Assembly (NCBI GenBank): GCA_000708835.1
Contig: DF237003.1
Coordinates: 1-64,000 of the forward strand
DNA length: 64,000 bases
DNA from: Klebsormidium nitens
Lineage: Eukaryota; Plantae; Klebsormidiophyceae
Direction of reading: 5' to 3'
Shown: positions 46,785-59,200 of the stretch, piece after piece
Numbering within the stretch: the stretch's first letter is position 1
How the letters are laid out: each line of letters begins with the position of its first letter
Notes under the pieces: model-generated
Told to the model about the DNA's origin: nothing
What the model saw: only the letters and a program-made list of their open reading frames with translations
The model's database searches: none
Program-made: the position numbers and the translations under genes

Positions 46785-47021
46785 ATGAAGTTAGCAACTC
46801 TGTGCTGCTTAATCAATCAATTTATTTATGAAGTTAGCAACTCTATGCTGCTTTGCATGAATTAAGAAATGACGGAAACTGTGTGAAGACTGGCCAGGGT
46901 AGTGATTTGTGTGCATGAACCTATGAACTGGACACTCGAAAATGAGATGGTCCTCGTCCTCTGTCCTATTCAAAGGACCCAAATGAACATAATCAATGTA
47001 AGTGGGAGGAGGGAGAGCCAC
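46785..47021 (-). mobile_element. 3' fragment of a non-LTR retrotransposon (LINE)
   Basis: EDEDHLIFECP, the C-terminal CCHC knuckle half typical of L1/RTE-type ORF2, followed by a 26-bp direct repeat (46785-46810 / 46828-46853, 1 mismatch). Confidence 0.7.
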
Positions 47022-47167
47022 ACGTTATACCCCAACGGCCTGTCACTCCGGCTAAATCGTGTGCTCTAGTACGAAATCAAGCTAGACAGCGACACGCCTT
47101 GGTAAAATAGGCGGCACTGAAGTATGGGGCGCAGGTATCTATCTAACTATTCCAATCTCTCAATAGA

Positions 47168-48979
47168 TCATATTCCAAATACGATCTCAAATATTCCCTC
47201 TCCACATTCAATTCCACACTCCACACTTCTACACAGCGCGCGAGGGCACTGAGAGCCGACAACACAATTGCTACAGTCCTTGGTGCAATTGCAATCCTGA
47301 TACTCCGTCTGCAAAATGCATGCACAGATGAGATGTCGACAGCACTGCTAGCTGAAGTGAACAGACCGTGTCTTGCTTTGCTGCTCTAGACAACAAAGGA
47401 AGGAATTTCTAAGGGAAGAACCATCAAATACCAACTTTCGTAACTGCTCTTGCAGAACACCAGACCACAATTAGGGCATTTCAAAAAAATGATCAGTTCA
47501 ATTGCAACACTTGTGGATTGGTTGGCTAACAACCAACAACCATGGTTCTTTCTTAATTCTGCTCATACAAAATGCTGAAAACGCCCGCTGTTGTGCTGGG
47601 CTTAGGACTGCTTACCTTGGTCGGAGTTGGAGTAGGGGTTGGGGTTTCACAGGTGGGTGGTGCGCAGCTACAACATCCTTCAGGAGGGGTTGAGAGTGAC
47701 AAACAGGGGCAAGCCCCAGGACAGTCGTACTGGACGTTACAACTTCTGTCGTAGCAAGAAGTGCCAGCTGCAGTATTCTCGCGGCATTGTTCGCACGTAA
47801 GTGAAGCGGAGGATAGAAGACAAGAAAATACTGCTCCATTGCAGCTGTCACAATTGCTACTTTCAAAACCCAACCACGAAAGGAGAGTGCAGTTATTCTC
47901 CTTGAAACATATGTCATGTTCCGCGCAACAAGGGATCGTACAGGCTGTATCCAAGAAATAATCACATCCAGGATCGTCCAATAAAGCCCGCAACAGTTTC
48001 CTCCTACCCCTTGAGAGTGTAAGGGCAAAAACAATCTGTGTTGCTGAATATATTGCTGCCGTGCCCATGGCATCGACCAAAGATTGGCTGATTACAGAAC
48101 CCAATAGTTGCGGAATTGGTAGAGTCAGTAGTCTTGTGCTGTTGGGGAGTGTAAAGTCAGCAGTAGCACTGTCAGTGAAAAAGTCCACTGTTAGTACAGA
48201 GGTCCCGTCACTAGCGACTGTGATTGTCACTTGATTATCTGAGAGAAAGCGAGGACTTGCACTGTAGCTGATATTGTTCACAAGCAGTGTACTCGTGCTG
48301 GGTGTTGAAATTGGGGGGGAACTTGGCGGGGTGCTGGAGTTGAAGGGGGGCCTTGGCTGGGCGGTGGAGCTCAGGGGAGGAGCTGGGATTGAGAGAGGGG
48401 GTTCAAAGTAGGGCCCGGAGATTGAAAGGGGTGCGCATGTTGGGTTGTTTAGCTCATTCCCACCACACTGTCCAGCACAACAAACAGAGACTTTTCCAGA
48501 AGAGTCAAAGCACTGGTTAGGAAAGCCGCTACTCGGGTCACAAGGACCTGGGGAGGCGGCCAATGCACATGCTGGGGTGGGTCCAGGTGTAGCAATACAG
48601 CTCTCAACACCACAACAGATAAATTGACTTCCATCCGCATTATAACACCTGTTTGGTTTATCTCCTGCAGGATCACAGGTCCCTGCATGAGAAGTAAGAA
48701 CGGGCTGTCAGTCTGCTACATAGAACTTCAATCTGACAGTATAAGCCTTTCCCTCCTCAAAACAATGGCCTCCAGAGATAAGGAGACTGGCAATGGTTGC
48801 AGACAAAGCAAGGGAGAGAATGCAACACAGAATTCATGAACACTACGGTAATCTGCACCTCAGGGCAGAGCACATGGGATAGCCCCCACGCATGATCTCT
48901 TACCCTGCTCAAGCATACCGGAGCCCTCCCCCAAAGCGCAAAAGATCAGAAGCACTGTCAGGAGCACAGGAAGAGCCAT
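47168..48979 (-). CDS. Secreted Cys-rich multidomain protein with a phospholipase A2-like (CCxxHDxC) domain; 3 exons, 427 aa
   Basis: Exons 48979-48904 (signal peptide MALPVLLTVLLIFCALG), 48682-47616, 47308-47168 in phase; RRKLL at 48005-47991; CCAEHDIC at 47930-47907. Confidence 0.85.
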
Positions 48980-49253
48980 CGGAGGGACTTGGGTCCTCAC
49001 TTTTACTTCAACTGGACTTGTGGGATATGGTCGCATACCTATCCGCATCGCATGTCTCTGTTTGTCAACGTGACATGAAAAGTGACGGGACTTGGAAATT
49101 TGAGATCAAACGGCAGCTCCGGCCTAAGGCTATGCCATCAGAGTCCATAAAACGCGTGCAGCCATGAAAGGATGTGGTTCAGAATACCGGTAATCAGAAT
49201 GTGGCCATTGGCATTTCTTCTTGAGTCCGTTTTTTAGGAGACTGTTGCTGAAA

Positions 49254-49308
49254 ACATATGACAACATATGACGACATATGACAACATATGACGACATATG
49301 ACAACATA
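49254..49308. repeat. 10-bp minisatellite ACATATGAC(A/G), about 5.5 copies
   Basis: Last base alternates A/G, giving a 20-bp higher-order unit. Confidence 0.9.
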
Positions 49309-50290
49309 AAACCTGTGGAATACCGGTATGATCATCATCCCCAATCATACCTACCGGTACCCCCAACAGCAGCACCCTTGCTCGGAAGCATGGCAACCAG
49401 GGGTCAAGGGCACTTCAGTTTGGGCATACGGTATAGAGATCCCCTAGCTTGACTTCTCGAACTCAATGCACAAAGCTCGACGCGACTTCTGAGTTTGGAC
49501 CGTTTCGTCACGGTGACCCAAAAGTGGACCCAGGGACGGTAAGTTCTGAATGCGGTTGAATGCCATCATAAGTAAAGTAGAAGTATGGCATGATACTTCC
49601 ACTTTACCTTCCTGAGTATAGCTTCGACTTTCTTCCCTTCCATTACAAGTGTTGAGTTGCATCGCTGACGAGAGCAAAATGACAAGCCGCCACGCATATC
49701 GATCAAACTGAAATATTTCCAATGTCAAGTTCTAAACGTGCTCGTTATGGAGCTTCTCTGATGCATCTTGTGCTAGAAAAATGTGCCTGCTCTAGCATGC
49801 ATACTTCGCAAGAATTATCAGGGCAGGTCATGTCTATATGTAGTCCTCAATCCTAAAACTAAGAGTTTTACTGACTGCGTCTGGAGTGTAGATCGAGCTA
49901 CTTCACAAAAGCAAGACTGCTGGCTCTTCATAAGCGCTCAAGTCACTTGACAACTCATAAAAGTAAGAGATACCTTATAGGAACAGCTCGAGTCTGCCAA
50001 AAACTGTTGACCAGGTGTCGCCGACTAAAAGTCGACGCAATAACGCTAGTTCCAACCGCTGGGAGTTGCCCACCTCAGCAAAGACAATCTTACTACTAGG
50101 AAAGTAAACCAACATATAATTCTCCCCTTGCAAGAGCTCGCAATATATTTTCGACTCCCGCCCTAGCTTCGCCTCGCAAATTTGGACCGGCGGGCACCTC
50201 TCAATAAAAAAATTAATCGAACGAATACCACTTCTGACACCTCAACCCCGACGAAAAGCTACGCCTTCTAATTGCCGCCGCGCGTGCTTC

Positions 50291-53200
50291 CTACCGGCCC
50301 TGGGTTAGCATGGACATCTGATACGCCATGCTCATCTGGTGCGCCTCGCTGCCACTAACGCCACTCATCTCGCTCCACGTGGAATGGCTCGGGACGCTCG
50401 ACTGCGCCGTACTCCCGGTCTGCATCCCGATGCTCCCGGTCCGCACCGGTCCGAACCAGTCGCCGGATCCGTCGTCCGCCGGCTCGTTCTGGGGGGTCCG
50501 GAACCCGGGCCCGGGCTCCCCCCTGGAAAGACTCTCCAGCTCGCGCAGGACGTCGGCCATGTCGGGCCGGCGGGATTCGTCGGTGGCGCAGCACGCGAGC
50601 GCGAGCGTGATCATGCGGAGCGCCGCAGAGGGGGAGAACTGGTTGTCCAGGCGGGGGTCCATGATGACAAGCGGCTGTTGACGGCCCAGCATTGAGTGGG
50701 CAGTGCGCATCACCTGGGCGGGAGGGGAAGGACTTCTAGTGTATATTTTGGAGCACTGCTTCCCATTTGGTCGACAGAATGAGACGCCAGGGATTCTGAC
50801 AGCGATGTTCAGACTCCCCGTCAGGGTTGGAGGTTGAGGAGAATGAGGATCGCACTTCGGACTGCGGGCAAACTTGCCCTTTTTTCGTGACCCAAAGCGT
50901 TAAGGCTCAAGATCGGTAGGAGTTTGGAGTTAGTTACGGATTAGACGACCTGTGATTCTCGGCCAGTTCTCAAACTTCTGAACGGGACGGAGCCCCTAGA
51001 ACCTTGCTCAGCTACGCCTCTTTGCCAGCTGCCTGGGAAACTGTGCTTTACGTTCGTCGTCGCCACTTCTAAAAGCGTTTGAACAGACTGGAAGCTCGAC
51101 AGAGTGCTCTGGCGTCGCAGGTAGACCAAGAAGCAGAAACACGGTTTGAAAACGTGGCCCCCTAAAAAGTACTAGACCTTAAACGCCTTAGTCCTCGGAT
51201 GCTCAGATCTGCTACTGAAAGCAGGTCGTAAGGATCCACATACGAAGCTTTTCGTTTGCTGGAACCGCCGAGATAGAAGGAAGGAAAAGGATCAAGGGCC
51301 CGCACAGGAGATACCTCGCCGTTACCTGCCAATTCACCTTGACGAGAGGAATCTCTGCAGAGCGACGATTGCGACCGAAACACCGAAAGAGGACTGGAAG
51401 TGCTGGCCTGCCAAAGGTCTAGAGGAGGGCAAGAACACAATCCGACGGACAATCTTCACACGTCTCATTTTGCTTTGAGTGAGGCCAATTTCCGGGGACC
51501 ACAAACCTGAACCCCCCAGATTCAACTTGCTCCGCGTCCGTACCCCACCTTAACCCCGATACCTAACCCACACAGACTTCAGCCCAGGACTTGGGTCAAC
51601 ATAGCCTTTCTCAACGAAAAGCAGAAAACTATTGTTTGTCTAATCCTTACGGCGTCCACCAGGTTCTTGCGGCCGCCCTCGGGCGTCAGCTCGAGCGCCC
51701 GGTAGCCCGTCAGAATCTCGAGCAGCACCACGCCGAAGCTGTACACGTCACTCCGCTTCGTCACCTGCCGGTGGGGGGATGACGTCAGCAGGGCGGCAGG
51801 GGGACAACGGTGGGGAATCAAAGATAGTGGAGTGGGTTCGTTCGTCTTTGCGAGGCAAGATTCCTATGACATTGTAAATGGGATTAGAGAAGATCACAAC
51901 GAACTGCAAGTGACCTTTTGATATTTCCGTAAAGTGACGCGATACTTTTGTAACGACGTCGACTCCGAGAGAAAAGGAACGGAATATGCAGCCGTAGGGC
52001 GCCCTTCTAAGCGGATCGACCAGAGCCTCGGATAGTGTTGCCCTCCGTTCATCAAGCCTCTCGTCTGAAGCGCAGTTCTTGCATTCAGTTTCCTCACTTG
52101 TGTCCTTCTGCGATCAGAGCACTGACACTGACCAGCCGTGCTCGTCTTCCGGTCTTCCAGAACGCAAGAATTCGAAACTCTCCTCCTCGCAAGCGGCAGT
52201 TCATATCGAAAGCAGCGGTGTTCGTCGCAACGAAAACGCTTCGACAGAAGCAAGACAAGACGAGGCACCGAAATCTGGATCAGCGCACCTGTCCATTGAG
52301 CGCGTACTCTGGTGCGACGTAGCCGTAGGTGCCGCGCACGCGCGTGCTCTGGTGGCTGTCGCCCTCCTCCAGCAGCTTCGCCAGCCCGAAGTCGGCGACC
52401 TGACGCGCAAAAGCGGGCGGTCTGTAAGTTTTCGCAACTGCTTCGAAAACTTGCTCTGCGTGCTGAGTCTGGTGCCCCGGTCTGACTTCTGGTATGTGCG
52501 GGAATGTTTGGCAGCTTCAGGATCGTGGCGAGGAGTGATAAGGCAGGCTAAAGTTTGCAAAACAAAGCCAGCGTTGAAGCAAGGAGCGCATTGGAGAAAG
52601 GAGCGGATTGTTGTAGGAGATGCGTTAGTCAGGCGGCGCTTTGACGTGTTCCGGTAAAGGCTATTTGAACGGATGGTGGTTCAGATCGAAACGGATACCT
52701 TCCATCTCAAAAAAAGAGCGCCCACTCCGCGGCACTTCATGAAAAGGAAGACTCCGCGCCTTGGGTCGCAACTTCGCCTGATTCCGCTTTTTCCTACTGC
52801 AAATTCCTGGCTCCTTTTCACTATAAGTGGCCGCTCCCACAGTTTGCGGAAAGCGCAACACCGGAACCTTTGAGTCCCTTTGATCGACGACCATCAACAA
52901 GAAGTCCCGTTACCGACTTGCACACTGCGATTGCGGCATCGTTCCGTTTGTGTCACTAGTTGCACTTGCGTACTGCCATGTCCGGCGTCTTTCCGTTCTT
53001 GGAGCGGAATCCGGCCTCACCTCCGCCTGCATCTTGGCGTCCAGGAGAATGTTGGCGGGCTTGATGTCGCGGTGCAAAATTGGCGGCTCCGTGTCGTTGT
53101 GTAGATACGACAGTCCGCGTGCCGCGCCCACTGCGATGTTGACACGTGTCTCCCAGTCCAGGGGGGGCTGGGAAGCTGAGATTAGGAAAGGCTCGGCGTC

Positions 53201-56200
53201 AGTCATGTGGCGTTATCGCAGGCCATTCGAGAGCAAACGCCGCTACCGCACGTTGGTCGCAACCCGTCAACAGCGTTTAACGCAAGCTCCTGCCTTTGTT
53301 AGGAAGTATCAAGGGTGGTTAGCTGAGGATTAAGTTAGGTCGCACTCGCACACGCAGCTCGGTTTCGGGGAAGCTACAATATCAGCTTGGCTTTCTTTGC
53401 ACGCTCCAAGGACTCAGCTTGGAAGGGTGACAAGCGAAAACAAGGCCACGTCAGGCCGCAGTTGAAAAAATTAAGGCCCACGGGCACACACACATTCTCT
53501 TAAAAGGATATGCGCGTCCTTTGACCAGCTTATGGACTGAAAGGCTGTCATAGATGCCTAAGGAATCTGCAAAGGAGAGCAGCCAGGGGCGCCACCTGAT
53601 CCTCAAACACAGAGACAAAATCAAAGCAGAGCCCCACTGGTAGCAGAGCCACGCGAAAGCACTCAGAACGGGACAGGAGACCTCCCTCCGACACGTATGA
53701 ACCCTGAAACTCGAGAGAAGACATTCCTTGCACGGATACACTGCTTTGTAGGGTGCGATCACTGCAAACCGCAGTTCATTGAGGGAGCAGCAGACCAAAG
53801 CGACGGACAAGAAAGGAAGTCCCACTCACTGCTGCGCAGCGCGGCGTCCGGGTTTCCGTTGGCAGCGTAATCGGGCACGAGGAAACGGAGAATACGGTTT
53901 GCTGTTCCACAGGGCGCTGCAGAGCCACATAAAAAGGGGACGAAATAGCAATTGCGACAAGCAAACAGACGGACATACTCACTGCTGCGCAGCGCCGCAT
54001 CCAGGTTCCCATTGGCGGCGTAATCGAGGACGAGGAAGCACGCGTCTGGCGTGACGCAGTGCCCGCGCAGCGCGACCAGGTTGCGGTGCCGCACGCGGCC
54101 CAGGGTGCCAAGCTCGCCTAGGAACTCGCGCTCACCCAGGCCCTGCGCAAACAGGTGAGAAACCGTGGTTCAGGATTGAGACGCGCCAGTGCAAAAGCGG
54201 AGGAGCGGAAAAAGGTCGCCAGAAATCAGATTTCTCGTACAAAGACTCATATGCCCAGCACGCCTTGTGCGCCCAATAATGCCCGCTCGCCCGGGCCCTG
54301 CACAGAATGGCGCGAGAGCGCACGTTGAGATGTTGACGCACGGAGAAGTTCCATGGTTCGAGAATATTGAGGTTTTAGGGCTTTTGAATTGTGACCGAGC
54401 TGCGATACCGCACGCGGCCTAGCGTTCCCAGCTCGCCTAGGAACTCGCGCTCGCCCAAGCCCCGCACAGAAAGTGCCCAACAACGGTGAGTCAGGTCGGA
54501 GAAGTGGCGAAGAGTGAAAGCCAACGAACGCGAACAAGTCTGCAGGAGCTTCCCTCTTTTCGCAGGACTTCATTTCTCCCTTTCTTTCGCGGAGAGCAAG
54601 GGGAACAAGGTCCGCCACTCCAAAGAGCTTTTCTCCTTGACTTCTCACCCTGCAAGTCACGGCTATCCTCGTTCCAGGAACAGGATACTTTCGCGTAATA
54701 CTAAAAGCGTGAACCGCCGGCGCCGCACCTTGTTTCCGGATTTGAGCTGCTTGACGGCCACCTGCGAGCCGTTGGCCAGAGTTGCCACGTAAACCTTCCC
54801 GTAAGCGCCCTCCCCCAGCAGTGCGCTCGGGGCGAAACTCCCGGTCGCCTGCTTGAGCTCCGAGTAAGTGAAGCGCCGCCACGAAGACCCGAGCGCCTCG
54901 TCTGCGTCCGCCTCCGCAGCTGGAAACCGAATGTTCGTGTGTAAGGGTTTCTTGCTTTCGAAAATATCACCCGTTTGGGCTGGGGCGAGGACTCGGGGGT
55001 TTTTGACAAAGAGGTGCTTTTAGACTAGTTGATGTGAGAGTTGGGGACCCTTGACGGAACGTAGTTTTGTGAGGAAAGTGCTTGGGGAGAACTGGGGATC
55101 GAGGTCAGGGGCTCGGAGCATGAAGATATGATCAATCGAATCGAAGCATGAGATATGATCAATCTAACAAGAGCTTGAACAGCAAAGCGACCAGGTTTCC
55201 GCGCTTGTTCGTCTCTTGAATCCATCTTCAGGTGTTAGTCTTAAAATGAGAGTTGCACCAACGCAAATCATCTGGTGCTTCAAGGGCCAACCTGTTGTTA
55301 GAAGTCAAGTTACGACTCAAACCCAGAAAAACACACACAAAGACGCAGAAGATTTGAGAGCCTGCGACCAGAGCAAATCTCAGCTCAGCCAAACCAAGCA
55401 AACACGGCGTTCTCCTCACTCGACACAGTGCTCGCGGTTTTGTCCACCGCACTCCCGTCAACGCTCATCTTGGCCCCTCCGTCGTCCACGTCACCCTTGA
55501 CCACCGGCAGATGGTGCGCGCGCTTCTTTTTGCGGACCGCGAGACACCCGACAATCACCCCGAGCAAAACCACCGCTCCGACGCCCGCCCCCGCCAGCCC
55601 GGCAATCAGCCCGGTCTTCGACGAGCTTTCTTTGGACGGGGCGACAGCAGGAAAGGGGGATGTGGTTCCGGCCGGGGGGGTTCCGGTCACGGTTCCGGCG
55701 GACTGGGGGGCGGAAGCTCCGGGGATTGTTGTAGTTTTAGTGGGGGCGGGGGTGGCAGACAGTGAGGAGGGGGGGAGGGCAACGGGGCCTGCACAAAGAT
55801 TGTGCTACTTTGTTTCTTGTCGGCGAATTTGCAAAATGACCCTGCAAATGAACACCGTTGCGACTTGGGCTGCTGTGGATACGCGTGGGAACGCGAGACA
55901 GACCAGTCGTTGAAATATTACGGGCTCGCTTTTGCGCCTAGGCGTGCCTTTGCTTCACGGAGTTTTGCTCCTCTGCACGATGCATCTCTCCCAGCCCTTT
56001 CGTGCGCCGCTCACGTCAAGTTGCAAAGTCTCCTCAACATGAAGCCCAGGACACCAGCTCTTTTGGGGTTCCGTGAGCTTAATCATTCTAAAAAGCGTGG
56101 CCTTTGTGGCTCACAAATCGTACGGAGAGAACAAGTCTAAAACATCAGAGGTCCTTCACATTGCTCGACCGGCGCCCAGCAGCCGTCAGAAAGAAGGCAG

Positions 56201-59200
56201 GAGCAAAGCCTCGTAGCATGCATGATTGTGGAAACCGACGGGCTGCACAGTACCTGCAATGACTTCTAGCATGCAGGACTTTGGATAGCCTGTCAAAAAG
56301 ATGACAGGCTAAACAGACGCCAAAATAACTAGACAGGGGGCGTCTCTCACTGGCAGCCAGGCTGACAAAGGGCGGGACGGTAAAGTTGTTGCTGGCGCCC
56401 ACTGCCAGCAGGCCCGCGTCCCGGTTGTCGCACAGCCAGCCGCTCCCGCTGACGCCAGCAGGGCACGCGCAGACGGGAACTCCCCCAGAAAGAGTACACG
56501 TGGCAATGGGGTCGCACGGGTTGTTCACGCCGCAGTTGGCGAAGGCGCAGCCTGCCGCAACGAGAAGAATGGTGAAGTGAGGGATGTCGAGGGAGAGGAA
56601 ATTAGAGGAATGTTTGGCGAGTTTGCCTTTCCGTTGCAACGGAATGCCGCTGCTTTTAAAGGAGAACTGACGTGGGCGTTTGTAGGGATTCTTGATAGAC
56701 GGGGGAAAAACCTGTGCAGCAAGCTGAAGAAGCAGGATCCAGTCTCGACACGTTTGGAGACGTTAGCGGACCCCTAAACTTTTGCGATGTTTCCTGCCGC
56801 TTCACAACCAAACCCGCTGTATTGCAACAGGCGAAGAAACTGCTTCTCAGTTCGCAAGTCGACGTCCGGGCAACACTCACTTGAGTTGACGACCCCGCCA
56901 GCCCCCGGCACGACTATCCCCACCGGTTGGCTCGGGCAAAAGTTGGTCGTCCCGTCCGAGGGGCTGTTCGCCACCCTGATTCCGGCCCCCCCCAGCACAG
57001 AGTCTGCGCTGTTGCGCGTAAAGACGTTGGGGCTAGCAACAGTTGCATAGCTGTCGTCTAAAGACATTGCACCCCCTAACGGCGCATAGTTCTGGATGAA
57101 GTTGTTCCCGCTGAGGAGCGTGAAGTAGCTGCTCTCGTCGAACACGGCCCCGCCGCTCTCCTGCAAACGGTGGGCTAAGGTAAGGAGTCCTTCTTAGCAG
57201 GGGGGAGTAAGCAGAAAACTTCGCCTCAGCTCTATGGTGCACAGAAGCGACGGCAAAGCCGCTCTCCTGCAAACTGCGGGCTGAGATAAGGACTCCTTAG
57301 CAGGGGGGGTGAGTAAGCAGAAAACTTCGCCTCAGCTCTATGGTACACAGAAGCGACGGCAACGCCGTTCTCCTGCAAAGTGCGAGCTAAGACAAGGACT
57401 CCATATTAGCAGGGGGGATTCGAGCAGGAAGCTTTGCTTCAACTCCTTGGCGCACAGAAGTCGGGCCGCCGCCAAGTGGTGAGTGTATGATTCGCTACTC
57501 GCGACAGAAATGCTGCCGCGTTCCCGTCTGCGAGCGGCTCGAACGACCGTCTCATCGGGACAGACGAGATACAAGCAACACCCTTGCAAGCAAGCTCAGT
57601 ACTTGTCCGTTCCATACGTTTGTGGCTGTGCACAACTGCAAGTGGAAGTGGTTCGACGAAAGCCGTCTAGAGCGGCGATGGCCCCGCCCCACCAGCATCT
57701 TTCAAAGCTCCAGCTTACAAAGAGGACGTAAGAAGACCTGCCCAATCTCAAAGAGGAAACCTGACGCACCAGCTTTGCAGTTGCCACATGGCGGCCTTGA
57801 CTCGAAGTTCAGCTGCCATCGAAACAAACGCTTTAAAGCGCAGAGAACCCCTTGCTCGACGTCGTCTTTCGTATCATCATGCGATTACATCCAATGCAAC
57901 AAGACACGGAAAAAAAAGCGGGCGGGGTGTCCTCACGTAGGCCGTATTGTTGGCAAAGGTGTTGCCAGCGATGGTGATATTCCGCGTACCCGAGTCCACG
58001 TAGACCGCCCTGCAAGCAGAACCGCACGTGCTTCTTAAGTCTGTCTCTAGCTCGAAGATTGGGGGGAGGCCAAGATAGACGAGCAGTCTAATACTTCTAG
58101 GGCTTTTTCTCATATGTCAGCAGTTGCGGGTATTTTGTTGGGGCTGTTAGGTGATGGTTTCTTTTTGCATCTTTGGTTGGATCTTGTCGACGTTTAGGGC
58201 CAGAAAACGTTCGTATCTTGTCTGTAGCACGAGAGACGGTCCGTCCTTTGCTCTCAGAAAAGGCCCGTTCGGACACTGGTCAAAACTGGCTAGGCACTAT
58301 GCGGTCGGACCGGCAATGCTGATACGCAAAATGCCCTGAAATCTTTGCTTCGAATGCCTAGAAGCGGCCGTAGCTACAGAAAACAATCTGGATGACCGAA
58401 CGCACGCCTTAAAGATAGGGTTAGCTTATGCTTTCGACATCCTGAATCAAGAGTACTGTCTTGCCAGACCACAGGGGACATAACAGTCAGCAAACAATGC
58501 GGCAACCAGATTGCAACACGTTACTTGACCGCCCACCTGATCAAAATAAGATGCTCAGATTTGACGGGCCATCATCTGTCGTCGCAAGGCCTAATTACTT
58601 AATACCTGTGTCTCGAAACGCCGAGACCTTTCGGCGGATGACCTCGATGCTGAAATCACAGTGATGAAGTGGGGCCAAAGTTCGTAATGAGGCTGCCCCA
58701 AACGGGTACAGAAACTCTTCTTGAATGGGTCCAATCACGCACCCGCCTTTCGACGTCGCATTGTTGTACAGAAAGAGGGACCCGCGGATGGAGTTCGTGG
58801 CAACCGTGGGGCCGAAGGAGTCGTACAGAGAATACACGTTGATGGCCCCGCCTTCCTGCGGCAGCGTACACAAACTTCTGGGTTAGGTTGACTGAGAGCT
58901 TGTTAACTAAAGGTTCTGCTTGGGACTACGAACGAAATCCAGAACCTAACCCGCTCTAGAACCCAGTTTAACTACCCAGATCAAAACGCGTTTTGCCGGG
59001 CAGTTTGGTTAGTCAACATGGTCCTTAGTCAACGTGAGATTGGGGGAATTAGCGCAAACAACCCAGCGTTCTGGGCAGTCTCGGAAAATAGAGGCGAGGG
59101 AGCGAAAGCACGAAGAGGTGGCGGGCAAAGGTTGCAGGATAGCAAGAAGACGCATGGAACGTGCACCACGTACATCAAGAGGCTGCGCGTTTGCTTATAT

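Noticed and set aside
49254-49308. CRISPR-like array (also considered for 57152-57430)
   Set aside because: Head-to-tail tandem units without unique spacers, eukaryotic context, no cas genes
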